Both the position numbers and the translations under genes were made by a program. The notes under the pieces are model-generated. The model worked only from the letters and a program-made list of their open reading frames with translations. It did no database searches and had not been told where the DNA came from. Source: Hamiltosporidium tvaerminnensis FI-OER-3-3 (Eukaryota > Fungi > Microsporidia). Taken from it: DNA of 64,000 bases. The stretch is taken from assembly GCA_022605425.2 (NCBI GenBank), contig CM061248.1, positions 992,001 to 1,056,000 of the forward strand. Direction: 5' to 3'. This document shows, in pieces, positions 1 through 12,665 of the stretch; within the stretch, counting starts at the first letter, position 1; each line of letters begins with the position of its first letter.

Positions 1-476
1 CCCCCAAGACTATGCAGCATTATTTCCACTTACATTACACTTTCTGAACCCAATAAACTTCTAGCTAAGATATATTTCAGAGATTTAGATGGGGTCCACC
101 TAGATAGTGCAATGTCATACCAACAGGTATAACCTGCTACTTAGCTTTCCTGGCTTTATATGGTTTTTTGTTTTGTATCTCCCAGGCGCTAAGTCTTCTA
201 ACCCGAGTGAGCAAGGCTAGGTTTCCATGCTTTTACATGGCAATTACCTACATGTTCAGCTTCGGTCTGCAGTCTGGTTACATAAAAAACTACAACTAAA
301 TTTGTAGAAAAAGTTTCTCCATCTCTTAGACCTCCCCTCCTCATAACAACTCCCATGGAACAACCAAAGATGTAGTGTAGTTTTGTTCCCACCAAAAATC
401 TAAACAATGATCTCACACCAGTTTCACACACTCATTGCCAAGCAGAAAGTTTTTTATGTGGTTATCCCCCCTCCAC
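1..476 (-). repeat. Dispersed repeat family A (solo-LTR-like), cut by window edge
   Basis: Reverse complement aligns closely along its length with 59741-60211 (e.g. GCAGGTTATACCTGTTGGTATGACATTGCAC, ATAACCACATAAAAAACTTTCTGCTTGGC). Confidence 0.85.
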
Positions 477-648
477 GTTTCTCTAATATAACCTGTATAA
501 ATATATTTAGCAAAAAAGAATTTGCTAATATAATGAAAATACAAATACCTAGAGCAAGATATGCAATACTTTACTTCCTTTTTGATTTATAAAATATAAA
601 AAAAACTACGAAATAGTAAGCGAAAAAATTGGCGTAAAAATATAACTA

Positions 649-1029
649 TTAGAAGAAGTTGCTGATAAAAATATTAAAAATGTATTCTGAAAAAAAAGAA
701 ACCATATTTATATAAATTTTAGCTTCAAAACTAAATATTTTTTGGTTTTCAGATATAAATTCTCGATTCAAATTATGAAAATTATTTTCTATATCTAAGT
801 TTTGGTTAAAAAATTTTTGGCTCAACGTTTGTGGGTTAGGAGAAGGATTAACAAATATATCATTGTTTATAACAATCTCGAAGGTGTGAGCAGACTCATT
901 TGAGCTTGTGCTCGGGACTGTGAATACTTCTGTTTCTATTCTATAGCTTCTATTCGGAACGAAATTTTTCAAAATTATATTTTTATCCATAAGACCATGG
1001 TTTTTTCTAAATATATACTTCTCTGTCAA
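649..1029 (-). pseudogene. Probable fragment of a lineage-specific gene (126-aa ORF, non-ATG start)
   Basis: Protein-like open frame in AT-rich DNA; no recognisable domain; only weak resemblance to the 19168-19503 ORF. Confidence 0.3.
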
Positions 1030-1846
1030 AAAATCAAAATTTAATTTACATAATAAGGTTAAATATTTTTTTCTAACAATGTCATTTTAAATTTCTTCCA
1101 TTGCTCTTTTTTGATCGAAATGTGGGATTAGACATCGCATAATCATTTAAAAATGATTTTCAACGGTTTGTAATACGATTTATTATTTGTAAAAATATTA
1201 AAATTGGTCTATAAACTATTTCCGAACAGAATAAACCTCTTTATCTAGTAGATCTTCCTTTATCTATAATCCATTTTTATCTAAATATCAAAGAAATACA
1301 ATAATCTTAATGAATTTTTTCGTTTAATATCTCGCGAATAGAAAAAACCCATGTATCTCACAACCACAAAAAAAATTATTTAAGAATATTTTAACAATAA
1401 AAATGCCGGTAAATGTAAGAATACGAAATAAATTAGATTTATAAAAACTTTACTACGCCTTTAAACATGTTTTTTTGATGCCCTAAAGATTTTTTATCTC
1501 AACTATCTAAATTTTGTAATTGATATTTAACTCGAATTTGTGAAAAGAGTCAGAAAAGTTAATTAGCTCCTTATATACACACCGATATTTTAATTTTAGC
1601 AACCATAACTTTTTGTTTGTTCCATATAAAACGCTTGATTATATTAAAAGCGATTTAATTTTGTTTAATGCATTATTTTCGTTTTGAATGACCAACGTGT
1701 TGAATTTATGTTTAATTTGTACTTCCGAGCTAATCTCCGGGTGCTATATGTATTTTTTTACCATTGCAATCTTAAAAAAGTTACAAAAGTATCTTCTGAT
1801 ATTAAAGTTACATTTGAATATTTTTGTGATTAGGTATCATTGGTTT

Positions 1847-2088
1847 TGTTCCCCCACATTTCGGGTACAGAATTGGTTTGGATATTTTCTGCCTGTTCTA
1901 AGAGGCGATAAAAGGGTCTGATTTTCCAGGTTGTAAGTTTTACGTAGGGCTAATAATCCATTTTTTAAACCCCCCCTTGTTACGAAACCCAAAAAGTAAA
2001 CGAACTCCTCGAGAAGAGAACAGTGAGCAACATTACTGAGGTATACCAGGCTCCTCACGGCTCTGTGGTGTCTAGTATGAATGAATTA
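1847..2088 (+). repeat. Dispersed repeat family B (~245 bp, TGTTCCCC start, TGAA-repeat end)
   Basis: Aligns with 16210-16460 and with the reverse complement of 26030-26225; flanked by TGGTTTT at 1841-1847 and 2089-2095. Confidence 0.8.
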
Positions 2089-3899
2089 TGGTTTTGGATT
2101 GAATGTAATAAAAACCAGATAGATAAATGAAAAGAATAGCAATATGTCTCTTTTTACATATCTATTTTCTATTTTATGTCAAAATCACATTATTTAGATA
2201 TTTGAAATTTTGTTTTTAAGTTACCATACATTTCTTATTGTATATTTTTCTTTTCATGGTATGGTTTGCAGGCCCGACCTGAATTTGAGCTTAAAAATAT
2301 AAATAACCGCCTATAAATTATTTATTAGTCTGGTTAAAAACGTCCTATAAAATGCCATTACATACATTCAGCCGTGGGAAAAATTTTTCATGTTCATAAT
2401 GCCAAGGTAACAAACGGCTAATCCTAGTGAATATTTCATAGACAGCGAAGTCGTTTTAGTTATTTTAAAGCTGCACATATAGGCTTTGTGTGTGCATATT
2501 ACATTAAATACTTACAATTTTATTGTTTTGATCGGTAAAAATCTTTTTATTTGTACAATTTGTACATACTAATCATAGTTTGGTGATGTTTTTAAGTTAA
2601 AGAACTGATTTATTTTTTTTGAAAAAAATTATGACTTATGCTGTAACATATCAACTAATACCTGTCAAATGAATGTTATAATATTCTGGTCTAATTAAGG
2701 CCATTACTTTATTTATTAAAAAATACTAACATCTTGAAAAGTTTAAATATTAAGCCTACTTTAAGTCGGGTAAAACAAGAAAGATATTCTCGTATAAATT
2801 AAACTGTACAAGACGAATCATCTCTAAAGATAAGCAAGTATTTTTTTATTTTGCTAGAGAAAGGTATTTTATCCTTTTTAAGTGGGATTGGATATCAAAT
2901 GTTTGAAAAACATCAACAAAATTTCTCTTTACAATTTACGATCCTTAGCATTAAATGTTACTATAAATTTATTTATACAACTGAAATGAAAATTCATGAA
3001 AAAATAGTCCGTAAAATAACAAGTAAATTTTTGCACAAATATTTTACTTGCAGCTTCTGGGTGATTGGTTAAACAACTTTATTACTTACTTAACAAAATT
3101 ATCACTATTGATTAAAGACTTAAAAACGATTTTGTATCGAATATGTAATTTTATACTGTATTATTTCTATCTGATAATATTTTTAATTGTTAGGTAAAAA
3201 AATGCTAAGTATAGATGGATAGGGAATGAAAAACCAAAATACATAATACACAATGGTATGACCTTAAAAGAATATTGCAAAATAGTTTTTCAATCAAAAT
3301 GAAAAGGTAATACCAAAAACCAATAAACACGTGGATACGTAATGGCGTCGATATTTATATAATGACTTACTATGTTTTTTTGGCGGACAAAATTAGCTAG
3401 CATTTAAAGTAAATATTAAAAATCATACCTACAAATATTCTTTATATTTTATTTAAATTGGAGAAGAATAGATAAAATTGTTTCACTAGTATTTATCTTA
3501 AAATATAATTCATTAGGCCGTAAAAAGTATGTTCGCAAAAAAATAATTGATTAAAGTAGAAATACCAGGGAGATAAATAAGAGAAAAATCTGCAAATTTC
3601 AATATATGAAGTATTGCTCATTATGAATCGCTACTCATTTCTGATGCATTCAGAATTTCGTAAAACCAAGCGAAATTTGTTTTGGCATACAAATATTAGT
3701 TTAATACCCTAGCATAGTTTCATAGACGACTTTTATTTTATTAAAGATTTTATATGCGAATTATCTTTTAAAATACCAACCTATGTATTTATAATTTTGC
3801 AAAACCAACAGTTAAACTTAATTAATCAATATTTGAATGCTTAAAGTTAGATATGCTAGAAGGGCATGAATTTATTTGTAAGTATGTAAAGATTCCCAC

Positions 3900-6800
3900 A
3901 GACGGTTAGTTTACCTTACAATGATTTAAATCATCGAAGTGGAAATTGATCATATATAATTTATTTACATAAGTAAAATAGTAATTGGTACGTGAATGCT
4001 GAAGAAAACAATGAAGGCTGATAATAATGATTCTTTAAAGCTTAACGTGTCTTTTCATGAATATTATGTGCCTATTAACCCTAAATAATTCCTGGAAAAG
4101 TATTCTATTTAAAAGAACACATGAAAAATAAAATATGAAATTTAAACGAAGTTTGTAGGTTTCACAATAAGTTCTTATATAGAAGTGTTAGATCCAAAGA
4201 AAACAAAAACCAAGTAATTTAATTATCTCTATGAATTACTTTATTCCGTATGACACATTTATTATATTGATTATTTAGATATTTTATCACGAAATATATT
4301 GTAAAAAAAGCTCGGATATTATCGGATATAAACATATTGAATAAGATCGGAAAATTTTGTAAGAAAAAATGCCTAAAAAGGCACATAACTATAGGAATGA
4401 TGTTTTTCCGTTGCCAAATTCAAGGAAATGGTACAATTTAACCTAAGATTAAATACATTAAATTTATTTTTTCATGGCTCTAATTTAAGAAAATAGTTTG
4501 GTTAAGATCATGACCCAAGAACCGACGATTATTGTGAAAATAAATTCAGAAAGACGAATAATTTAAGAAATTTTTCTTAATCATCTCAATTATGAATCAT
4601 CTAAAACTAATAGACTAGAAACATGTTAATTATAATTGAAATTTAGATTTTGATCCAAGATGAGAAAGAATAATTACTTAGTAAATATGTGAGGGATTTG
4701 TTATTTTTAATAAGATACAACTTAATTATGCTTTTTTTCATTAGAATCGGTAATATACATGATTCTTTCGATGACTGAAAATTCTGAACTCATCGTTTTA
4801 AATTTTTTGATTAAATAGCTCACGAATTTTTGCGAGACTCATTATGAGATTTCAATGTTAGTTCTTTATAAAAACTAGGCTAGCTAATTTATTTACTGCG
4901 AAGCTTACGCATTTGACCTTAAAAACATGAAAATTGAAGTTGGAGGACAGATCGATCATCTGAAATTCACACTACTATAATTTAAAAGATGAAGGTATAA
5001 ACATAGTCTTTTACATGAAAAAAAGGCAAGCGTTTTTTAAAAATATCCAATCGAGCCGGTAGAGCCTTTACATGGATTAAAACATAAGTATTTAAAATTA
5101 TTTCTCTATAATGAGCATCAAATAATTTTTGGAATAAATAACTATGTTAGAATGTCTATAAATTCTCTGAGTCTACTTAGTTGATAAATCTCTAAACAAA
5201 GTTTTTTGATTGAATTTCAGAAAAATATTGGGCAAAAATACAAGGAAAGAAAATCGAAATATATAAAGTCTGCTATATGAGTATGAATAGTTTGTTCGTT
5301 ACTTCTGCGGGAAAGCCCTCGAAATCCATATTTAATCTATGTATGAGTACATTGAGCCGATATCTTAAGGAAATACACGAAGCTACAATATGTGGGAATC
5401 GGTCAGCATATTTATTGTTACCTATATTTTTATGCTAACATGCGCTTTTCAGTTTAGGTGCAATTAATTTTATTTTTTAAAAGATAGTTTAAGAAACTCC
5501 AATGTGTTGTGTACTTTCAATTCAAAAAATAGTCGCCCACAAATAGCACATTTTGCAAATATTCTGGCCGTTTTTAAAAACAGTTAGTTCTGCAAACAAC
5601 TTTATAAAAAGAAGGTTGCACACCGAGCTTTTAATTTAAAGAGATATGAAGGACCGAATGTAAAAAATTAATCGGCGATATGACCAGCACTAAATGCAAA
5701 AATTTATTTCATGCAGTTATCCACATATGATGTGTAATTTGGATTATCTAGGAGTAATTCAACTTAATTAGTCGTCGATACACAAAATAGGTAATATAGA
5801 ACCATAATGGTGACAAAATAAGCTATATAAGACAGAAACCCAAAACAAGCATATATCATTATTCTCCGAACCGAAAAGATGCTCTTAATGTGAGATTGAC
5901 AATGCAATTATATCTGTTTTCTGTCGCAGGCTATCGGAAAGGTAGTGGTACTTTAAGCAGTGAACAAGAAATTAGAAAGTGGATACCTGTGACAACACTG
6001 TTATTAAACAGTTTAAATGCATATGTTTTTAAAAATAAAAGATAACCGGCGGTAACACTCAAAACCGTAGGAAAAGGAAATTCATAAATGCTTTAGGTAA
6101 TAAACATGAGCGCATTAAGGTCACAAAAAATGATTTCTTAAAGAAAAAAACAAGCCTGCGAAAAGCACAAGTTTTGTTTTATCATGGTTACGAATGAAAT
6201 TAAGAGAACTGAAATTTATTTTAAGCCGTAAAAACAGGAAACATATTAAATTATACAAAGGACTCAAAAATTCTGAAAAATAATCATTTATACGTTATTA
6301 TGAGTAGTTGAGTATTCATACAATTCTCATAAATAATTAAAATTTAAACATAGATAATATATCGTGATGAGCATTTCAAAAAAATGCTAAAATTAGTGTG
6401 CAAAATAAAAGTTGTTACCAGAAACAAATCCAATTTCGAACCGAGATTAATAGACTGGATATATTGATTCTGAATAGTAGAAAACAATTATAAGACACTA
6501 CTTGGGATTTTAATTACTTTAAACATTCTTTTGATATTCTCAAGGTTTTGAACCTCAGCAAGGGTTCTTCTTGACTAATTATGGTAGTCTTGTTAGAATT
6601 TTAGTGGGCATTTACCCCTTGGGAGATAAGTTGGAACGATATTGTTTGAAAGATCATAATATTTAGCATATGCGCTTATATTAACATAAGAATAAAGGCA
6701 TATATACAATCTATAGTACTTTTCTTAATTCTATAGACTATTTTTTTTAACCAAGAAACTTAAAGAAAAATAAAGTGGATGGAGCTGACAAAAAGGCCTC

Positions 6801-6990
6801 ATTTTTTATAAAAAACCATGAAAACCAGCTAACCGAGGTCTACTTTGGTAACAAGAATTACTGTGGAAGAGGATGTAAACTACTAAAGATGGAAAAAATC
6901 GAAATTTTAATATTTTTAAGAAAAATGTCACAAAAATCACATAAAAATCTCAGACTATATTCAAATATGTGAGGGTGTATTAAAGCTATA
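3900..6990 (+). mobile_element. Heavily decayed near-full-length copy of the R4/Dong-like retrotransposon (copy 0)
   Basis: Colinear matches to the young copies: GAATATTATGTGCC (~4059), TTTACTGCGAAGCTTACGCATTTGA (~4892), TGTATGAGTACATTGAGCCGA (~5340), TAAATGCAAAAATTTATTT (~5691), AATAGACTGGATATATT = NRPDI (~6449), GGCATATATACAATCTATAGTACT = AYIQSIVL (~6697). Ends approximate. Confidence 0.75.
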
Positions 6991-8758
6991 AATTTGTCGA
7001 TTTAATCTAATAAAATACAATAGAACACAACTTAATAACAAAAAAATAACTTTTAACACCGTATCTCTTCTTGCCAACAAAGATAAATTTGAAAATAAAA
7101 TCAAAATTAAAAAATTTTATTTTACTTGTTATTTCCCTTTCTTTCAAATAATTTGAAAAGATTTTACATGCTATTCATGAATATAGATAAAAAATATACT
7201 CAAAATAAAAGAAAAAAAATATATTCGGAATTTATAAACATATTTTTTTTTGCAAAAGGAATTAAAAGCTACAAAAATATGCAATTTATAATAATCTTTT
7301 TGCTCCATAGCCATATTGTATAACCTTTGATCAATTTTATGTGTATCTAGGCGTTTAAAACACATGTTTTTTGTATTATAGATCCAATTTATGTCTTAAA
7401 ATACATTTAATTTGAAATTCAGAAAATATTTAGTACGATACATAGAAATATTGGATAAAATATTTGATTTCTAGCAGAAAAGTGCAATATATGTTACGTT
7501 CACAATTACCATTTGGGATCTATAATAACGACCAGTTAGTTCAATAACGCCTAGGTGAATATTAAAAAATGGTATTAAGCGGGAGACATGGCATTGACTG
7601 CGAAGCATGAATAGTCCCAAATTTGAAATCATATTTATAAAAATTCACCTATTATGAACTTCAATGAGCACAAATGATTGAATTTTCGTTCAAGAGAGTA
7701 TTAATATCAATCAGAATCAACTCTTTATTATATTATTTTGCAAAATAACTTATAATATAAAAAAAGAACACAAAAATAATTTTGGCTAGCAAAAACTCTA
7801 TAAAGAAAGAGTTTAAACAATCGTAAACATCTTGAAGGCGAGTCATACAATAGACAGGCCGATAATGATTGTGAATTAGTCGTTGAGAATTGTGGTAGAC
7901 ACAATTTGCTGAATTTATGTATATTTATCAAAGCGTGAAAATATATCGTAGCATCGTAAATTTAACTTGAAAATAGAAAAAACCATAATTTTCTCAAATC
8001 TATTAAAATGCCTTGATAATTCAAATCGACCGTAACATATACAAAAAGCGTAAAATTTATTAGAGCAACCTTGAATAAAAATAATAGAAAAAAAATATTC
8101 TAATTGATTTATCATTAAGATAATATTGTGATTAAAGATTTTTTATAATACCTAGCGTCTAAAAAATGTTTTTACTGTATTTTTTAAAAAAATCAAAGTA
8201 TTTTTAATTATCGAGAAAAGTTTATATGAATTGCAACTTAAACAAACAAAATTAAAATGCATCTATTCGATTTAAGAGAGAATAAATGATATAATCTACC
8301 ATTTTATAAACTATAATTATATGAAATATACCATAATAAGCAGGAAATATGACTTTAAATAGAAGACATTGACACAAACATTTTAATAGGACATTATAAA
8401 TGCATATTAATTGTAAGAAAAATTAGAAAAGCGTGAAAATTACTAAATAAAACCTCGAATTCGAAACATTAAATTACTATTTTTACATTCAAATATCATT
8501 TTTTTAAAGACTGAAAATGATAAAAAAAATCTACAATGTTTATGATAGATATTTATAATTCGAATTTAAGATTAAGCTATCAAATATATTTTGAGGGAAA
8601 AATGGATTTCAAAACATTTTTTGTGTCAAAAGACCAAATCTTTGAAGAAAAATTTAATAAATAATTCAAGAGCTATACATTTTTAAGATATTACATTTTA
8701 TATATAATGTTTGGCACTATTTTCTAAAATATCAATAAATATCAAATCTACGATATTT

Positions 8759-9289
8759 TTAGTGCCATAACATAAATCTATTCTCTAATACAGCTTGGAT
8801 AAATATTTGCACTAAAAAAACATTTGCTAAAATAAAAAAAATCCAAAAACCGATCAAAAGATAATCTATATTATTACATCCTTTCATATATTTGTAAAAT
8901 ATAAATATAACAACTAAATAATAAAGCAAGAAAAGTGTAATGAAAACATTTTTAAACACCGAAGTGGCGGATAAAAGCATTAAAAGGGTATTCTGAAGGA
9001 AAAGCATGAAAATATATTTAAATTCCAGGTTAAAATACGAACTATTATGTCGATTCGCATGTTGCATTTCTAGATTTAAATTACATAGGTTGTTATCTAT
9101 ATTACAGTTTTGGTTATGAGATCTTTCACTTAACGCCTGTTGGTTGTGAAAAGAAGTATTAGCAGATACGCCGTTGTTTGTAAGAATATAGTGAGCGAAA
9201 ATGTATCTATCTGTTGTTTAATTTCTGATTGATTCCATTCTATAGCTTTCATTCGACATTGGAACATTTAAGATCGTATTTTTATTCAT
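8759..9289 (-). pseudogene. 176-codon small 3-TM membrane protein gene with one in-frame TAA (9218-9220)
   Basis: ATG at 9289 is in frame with ORF 8759..9067; three hydrophobic helices at the C-terminus; clear paralog at 57410-57931. Confidence 0.7.
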
Positions 9290-10282
9290 AATCAAAAGCT
9301 TTTTTTATATTATATAAGTTAAGCCCAAAAAGTTTACCTTTAATCTACTTGATAAGAATTAATATTTTTTATGATTGCAATATAATTTAGAATTTAAAAA
9401 ACGATCTATTTTTTAAAAATTATTGCTGAATTGGGTTTGTAATTATTAATTCAAAAAAAAATTTAACATCTTTTATAATTTTAATTTTACTAGAAAAAAT
9501 CAACAATATATACACATTATTTGTTATATTTTTTTGATGAAAAAATATTTTCTGTTAAACTTAATTAAATTAATTAATTCGATTGATTCTTAAATTATAT
9601 AATAAAAATTCTAGTTGTCGATTTCACTATGCTCATAATCAAATAGTTTTTTAATTATAAAAATGTAATTTTTAATATAAAATCGACAAAAATTTCTTTT
9701 AATTTTTTTTGAAACAATATTTATCATAATTCTATTATTCTTTAGAACAATTATTAAATTAAAATTCTTTTGAAGGCAGTCTTCAATTTTATTGTGTCTT
9801 TTTTCGATTTAGAGAACCACTTTTTTTTTCTAAACGTTGTCTTCTTAAATACCTGGTTCAATTTTCTCACCTTTCATATTTTGTTTATTGTTGTTGCATT
9901 CGAAAAATAGATGGTACAATTCATTTTCTTTATTTTTTAGTATTTTCCTTCTATTTGCTCATATTATAGAAGTTAATGGCTTTAATGCCTCACTCCGTTT
10001 TTTTAAATTCAAAGAGAGGTTATGTTCTAACTATAATAAAAAATTATTAAGCAAATGAGTTTCTTGGTCTACCACAAGAAAAATTACTCTCTTTATTAGC
10101 ATAATTGACAAAGGTAAGCTTTGGATCTTGATTAGTCACGGCCTTTGTGATCCATATTAAATTATTTTTTAATATAACATACCTTTTAAAACAATAGTAT
10201 TTCCTTCCGCCATATTTAATTAATATTATTAATTAATAAATAAAAACTGATATATTTTTTCAGTAATTAACTTATTAATTAC

Positions 10283-12665
10283 ATGAAACCCATATACATT
10301 CAACATAAAAAATGTCTTACTGCAATTCCTTTCCTCTATATTTTATCTTTTTACTACATGTGTGCTCATAGCTTCTCTTACAAGCGTATCATTTTATATT
10401 ATAAACGAAGAGAACAGTATTTCAAATCTAATAAAAAGCGCTCATACTATCGAAAATATGTTTAACAGTGAAAATATAGAATATTTCAATGAGTATAAGA
10501 AAATTATATTGTTTCAAAACAACATATTATCCCAGGAACGTAAGTTTGGAACAACAAAATATTATAATCCAGATATTATAGCAATGCCATACACGAAAAA
10601 TATGCTACTCAATTATACACTTTTAAAATCCTTATTTGATAGAGAAAAAACAACTTTTAGAGTGTTTATAAAAAATATTTCAAGCTCAAATTTTCTTCTT
10701 TTCCTTGAATTGGTAAAGAAATCGAATATTCTTACTAATCAAATAACGATTAAGGCTTTTCTGGAAATCTTAAGAATTATTACTATATTAGATATTAAAA
10801 AATCTAAGCAGAGAGATCTATTTATTAAAGAATTGCTAAGAATTCTTGTATATGCCTGAATACATTGTCTTTTGGTTTTTATTTAAATGAAAGTTATTAT
10901 AATTATCTTCTCCATGATACAAAGCGATCATTATCGAGAGATTTATTGGTATTTTTCATGGAATTGGTTTATTTTAATAAAAAACAGGACCAAGCACTAT
11001 CTTGTTTTAAAAGAAACCAAGATAACATGTTTTCAAGATTGAAGGTTCTGTTTTTTATCAGGAAAAAAACAAAATGCTTCAAAGAAATAAAATTTGTTTA
11101 CGATTAAATGATTTTAACGAAAAAAAATTATCGAAGTTGATGACCTCATATCTTCTACGTAATATTTGGGTTTTTTACTTAAAATCACACGAATAGATTT
11201 TATTTACTTTGCATTTGCATTAGAAGAAACACTTAGAAGTATTTTTGAAATTGTTTCTGGTGCAAAGCTTCCTTCGGAAATATTTTATATCCATTCAATA
11301 AAAAATGCGACAAAACTACTTTTAAAAATGAAAAATTATAAATTTTTAAAAACCTAAAAGTTTTGAAGTTTGAATTTGATTTCACCTTGGAGGAATTAAA
11401 AGAGATATTGGTGTCTTACAAAAACATGGTAAAAATTTCAATAAAAACACGTAAAATCGATTTTAATACTTTGCGATTTTTAATAGATTTCTGTTCTGAG
11501 AATTTAAATACATCATATAAAGTTGTTTCATCAGACTATATTTATGATAATAGTGATCCGGGTATATTGAAATGTATGCCAAATAACCTTTTGTTTTTTC
11601 CTATGTATTGCAAAATTGATGGATATTTAAAAGGCATTCCTCTAAACCAAACTCCATTTATAAGTGTATATTATAGGTATTTCTACGGCGATTTTCTTAG
11701 ATATTGTTACGATATATTCCGTTTTGAATGGATGAATACTAAAAAAATTAAGATTTATATGCTCGAGTCATTATATTCACAAAAACTTGATAGCCAAGTT
11801 TATGTCGCTTTAAGATATTGTAAACTCTAAAGCATATATATTTTGAAAATATAATAGTATCTAATGAGTTACTGATATATATTTTTGAAACAACTTCATT
11901 ATTTTCCATCGAAATAAAGAATTTCGAGTGTTCCTACAACGAAAAATTGTTTGATAGAAATTATACTTTAAATTTCAATCCAAAGACTTTAATTCTTTCT
12001 AATTCTAAATTTTGTATCGAATCGAGACTTTTAAGTATTTTTTAAAGTTTAAATGTGTTTCTTAATATAAAATAGAAAAGACACATTTTAATTAGAAAAA
12101 ATTAGCTTCGAGAAAGCCGTATAACAACCTTCTTGATTTTTTTAGTAAAAATATGACCGAAAAGATATTTTTAAAACATTTGAATTGAGAATCATCATCG
12201 TATATGAATGATCAAATGAAAAAGTTTCTTTATTTTTTATCTAAAATTTATGATTTTTCAAGACTTAACTCGATATTTTTAACTTTCTATCAATTTACAG
12301 AAATCGATTTTCAATTTTTTCCAAAAATGAACAAACTAAAATTTGTTGATATAAATTTTTACGGCTTAACAGAAAGAATAGCTTTTAAAAAAGTTTTCGA
12401 GAATTTTAATTTATTCGATACAGTAATTTCTATAACGATACATCGTACTGGAATTACGCCTGAGGACATCCATCTTTTGGGATCTTACAAAAATTTATTA
12501 AGTTTATCTATTGCTTTAGATACAATTGATTATAAAATTGTTCAAAACATTCGTAGAAAAAACTTTAAGAATACAGAATTCGTCTTAATGAAACCAATTC
12601 GAAGTGAAAGATTAAATGAAGTTAATGCATACCTAGATTCCGAATTTATATATAATTTCCCTTAA
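10283..12665 (+). pseudogene. Frameshifted ~790-codon gene of a secreted LRR-like multigene family (signal peptide + BTB-like + degenerate LRR)
   Basis: Six consecutive same-strand ORF pieces; hydrophobic N-terminus; LRR-like LxxLxI motifs (LNSIFL, LKFVDI, LLSLSI); ends ...AYLDSEFIYNFP*. Confidence 0.75.

Noticed and set aside
2850-3400. piggyBac transposase relic (LSIDG, GYVMA-like remnants)
   Set aside because: Only two or three very short motifs; cannot be supported without an HMM search.
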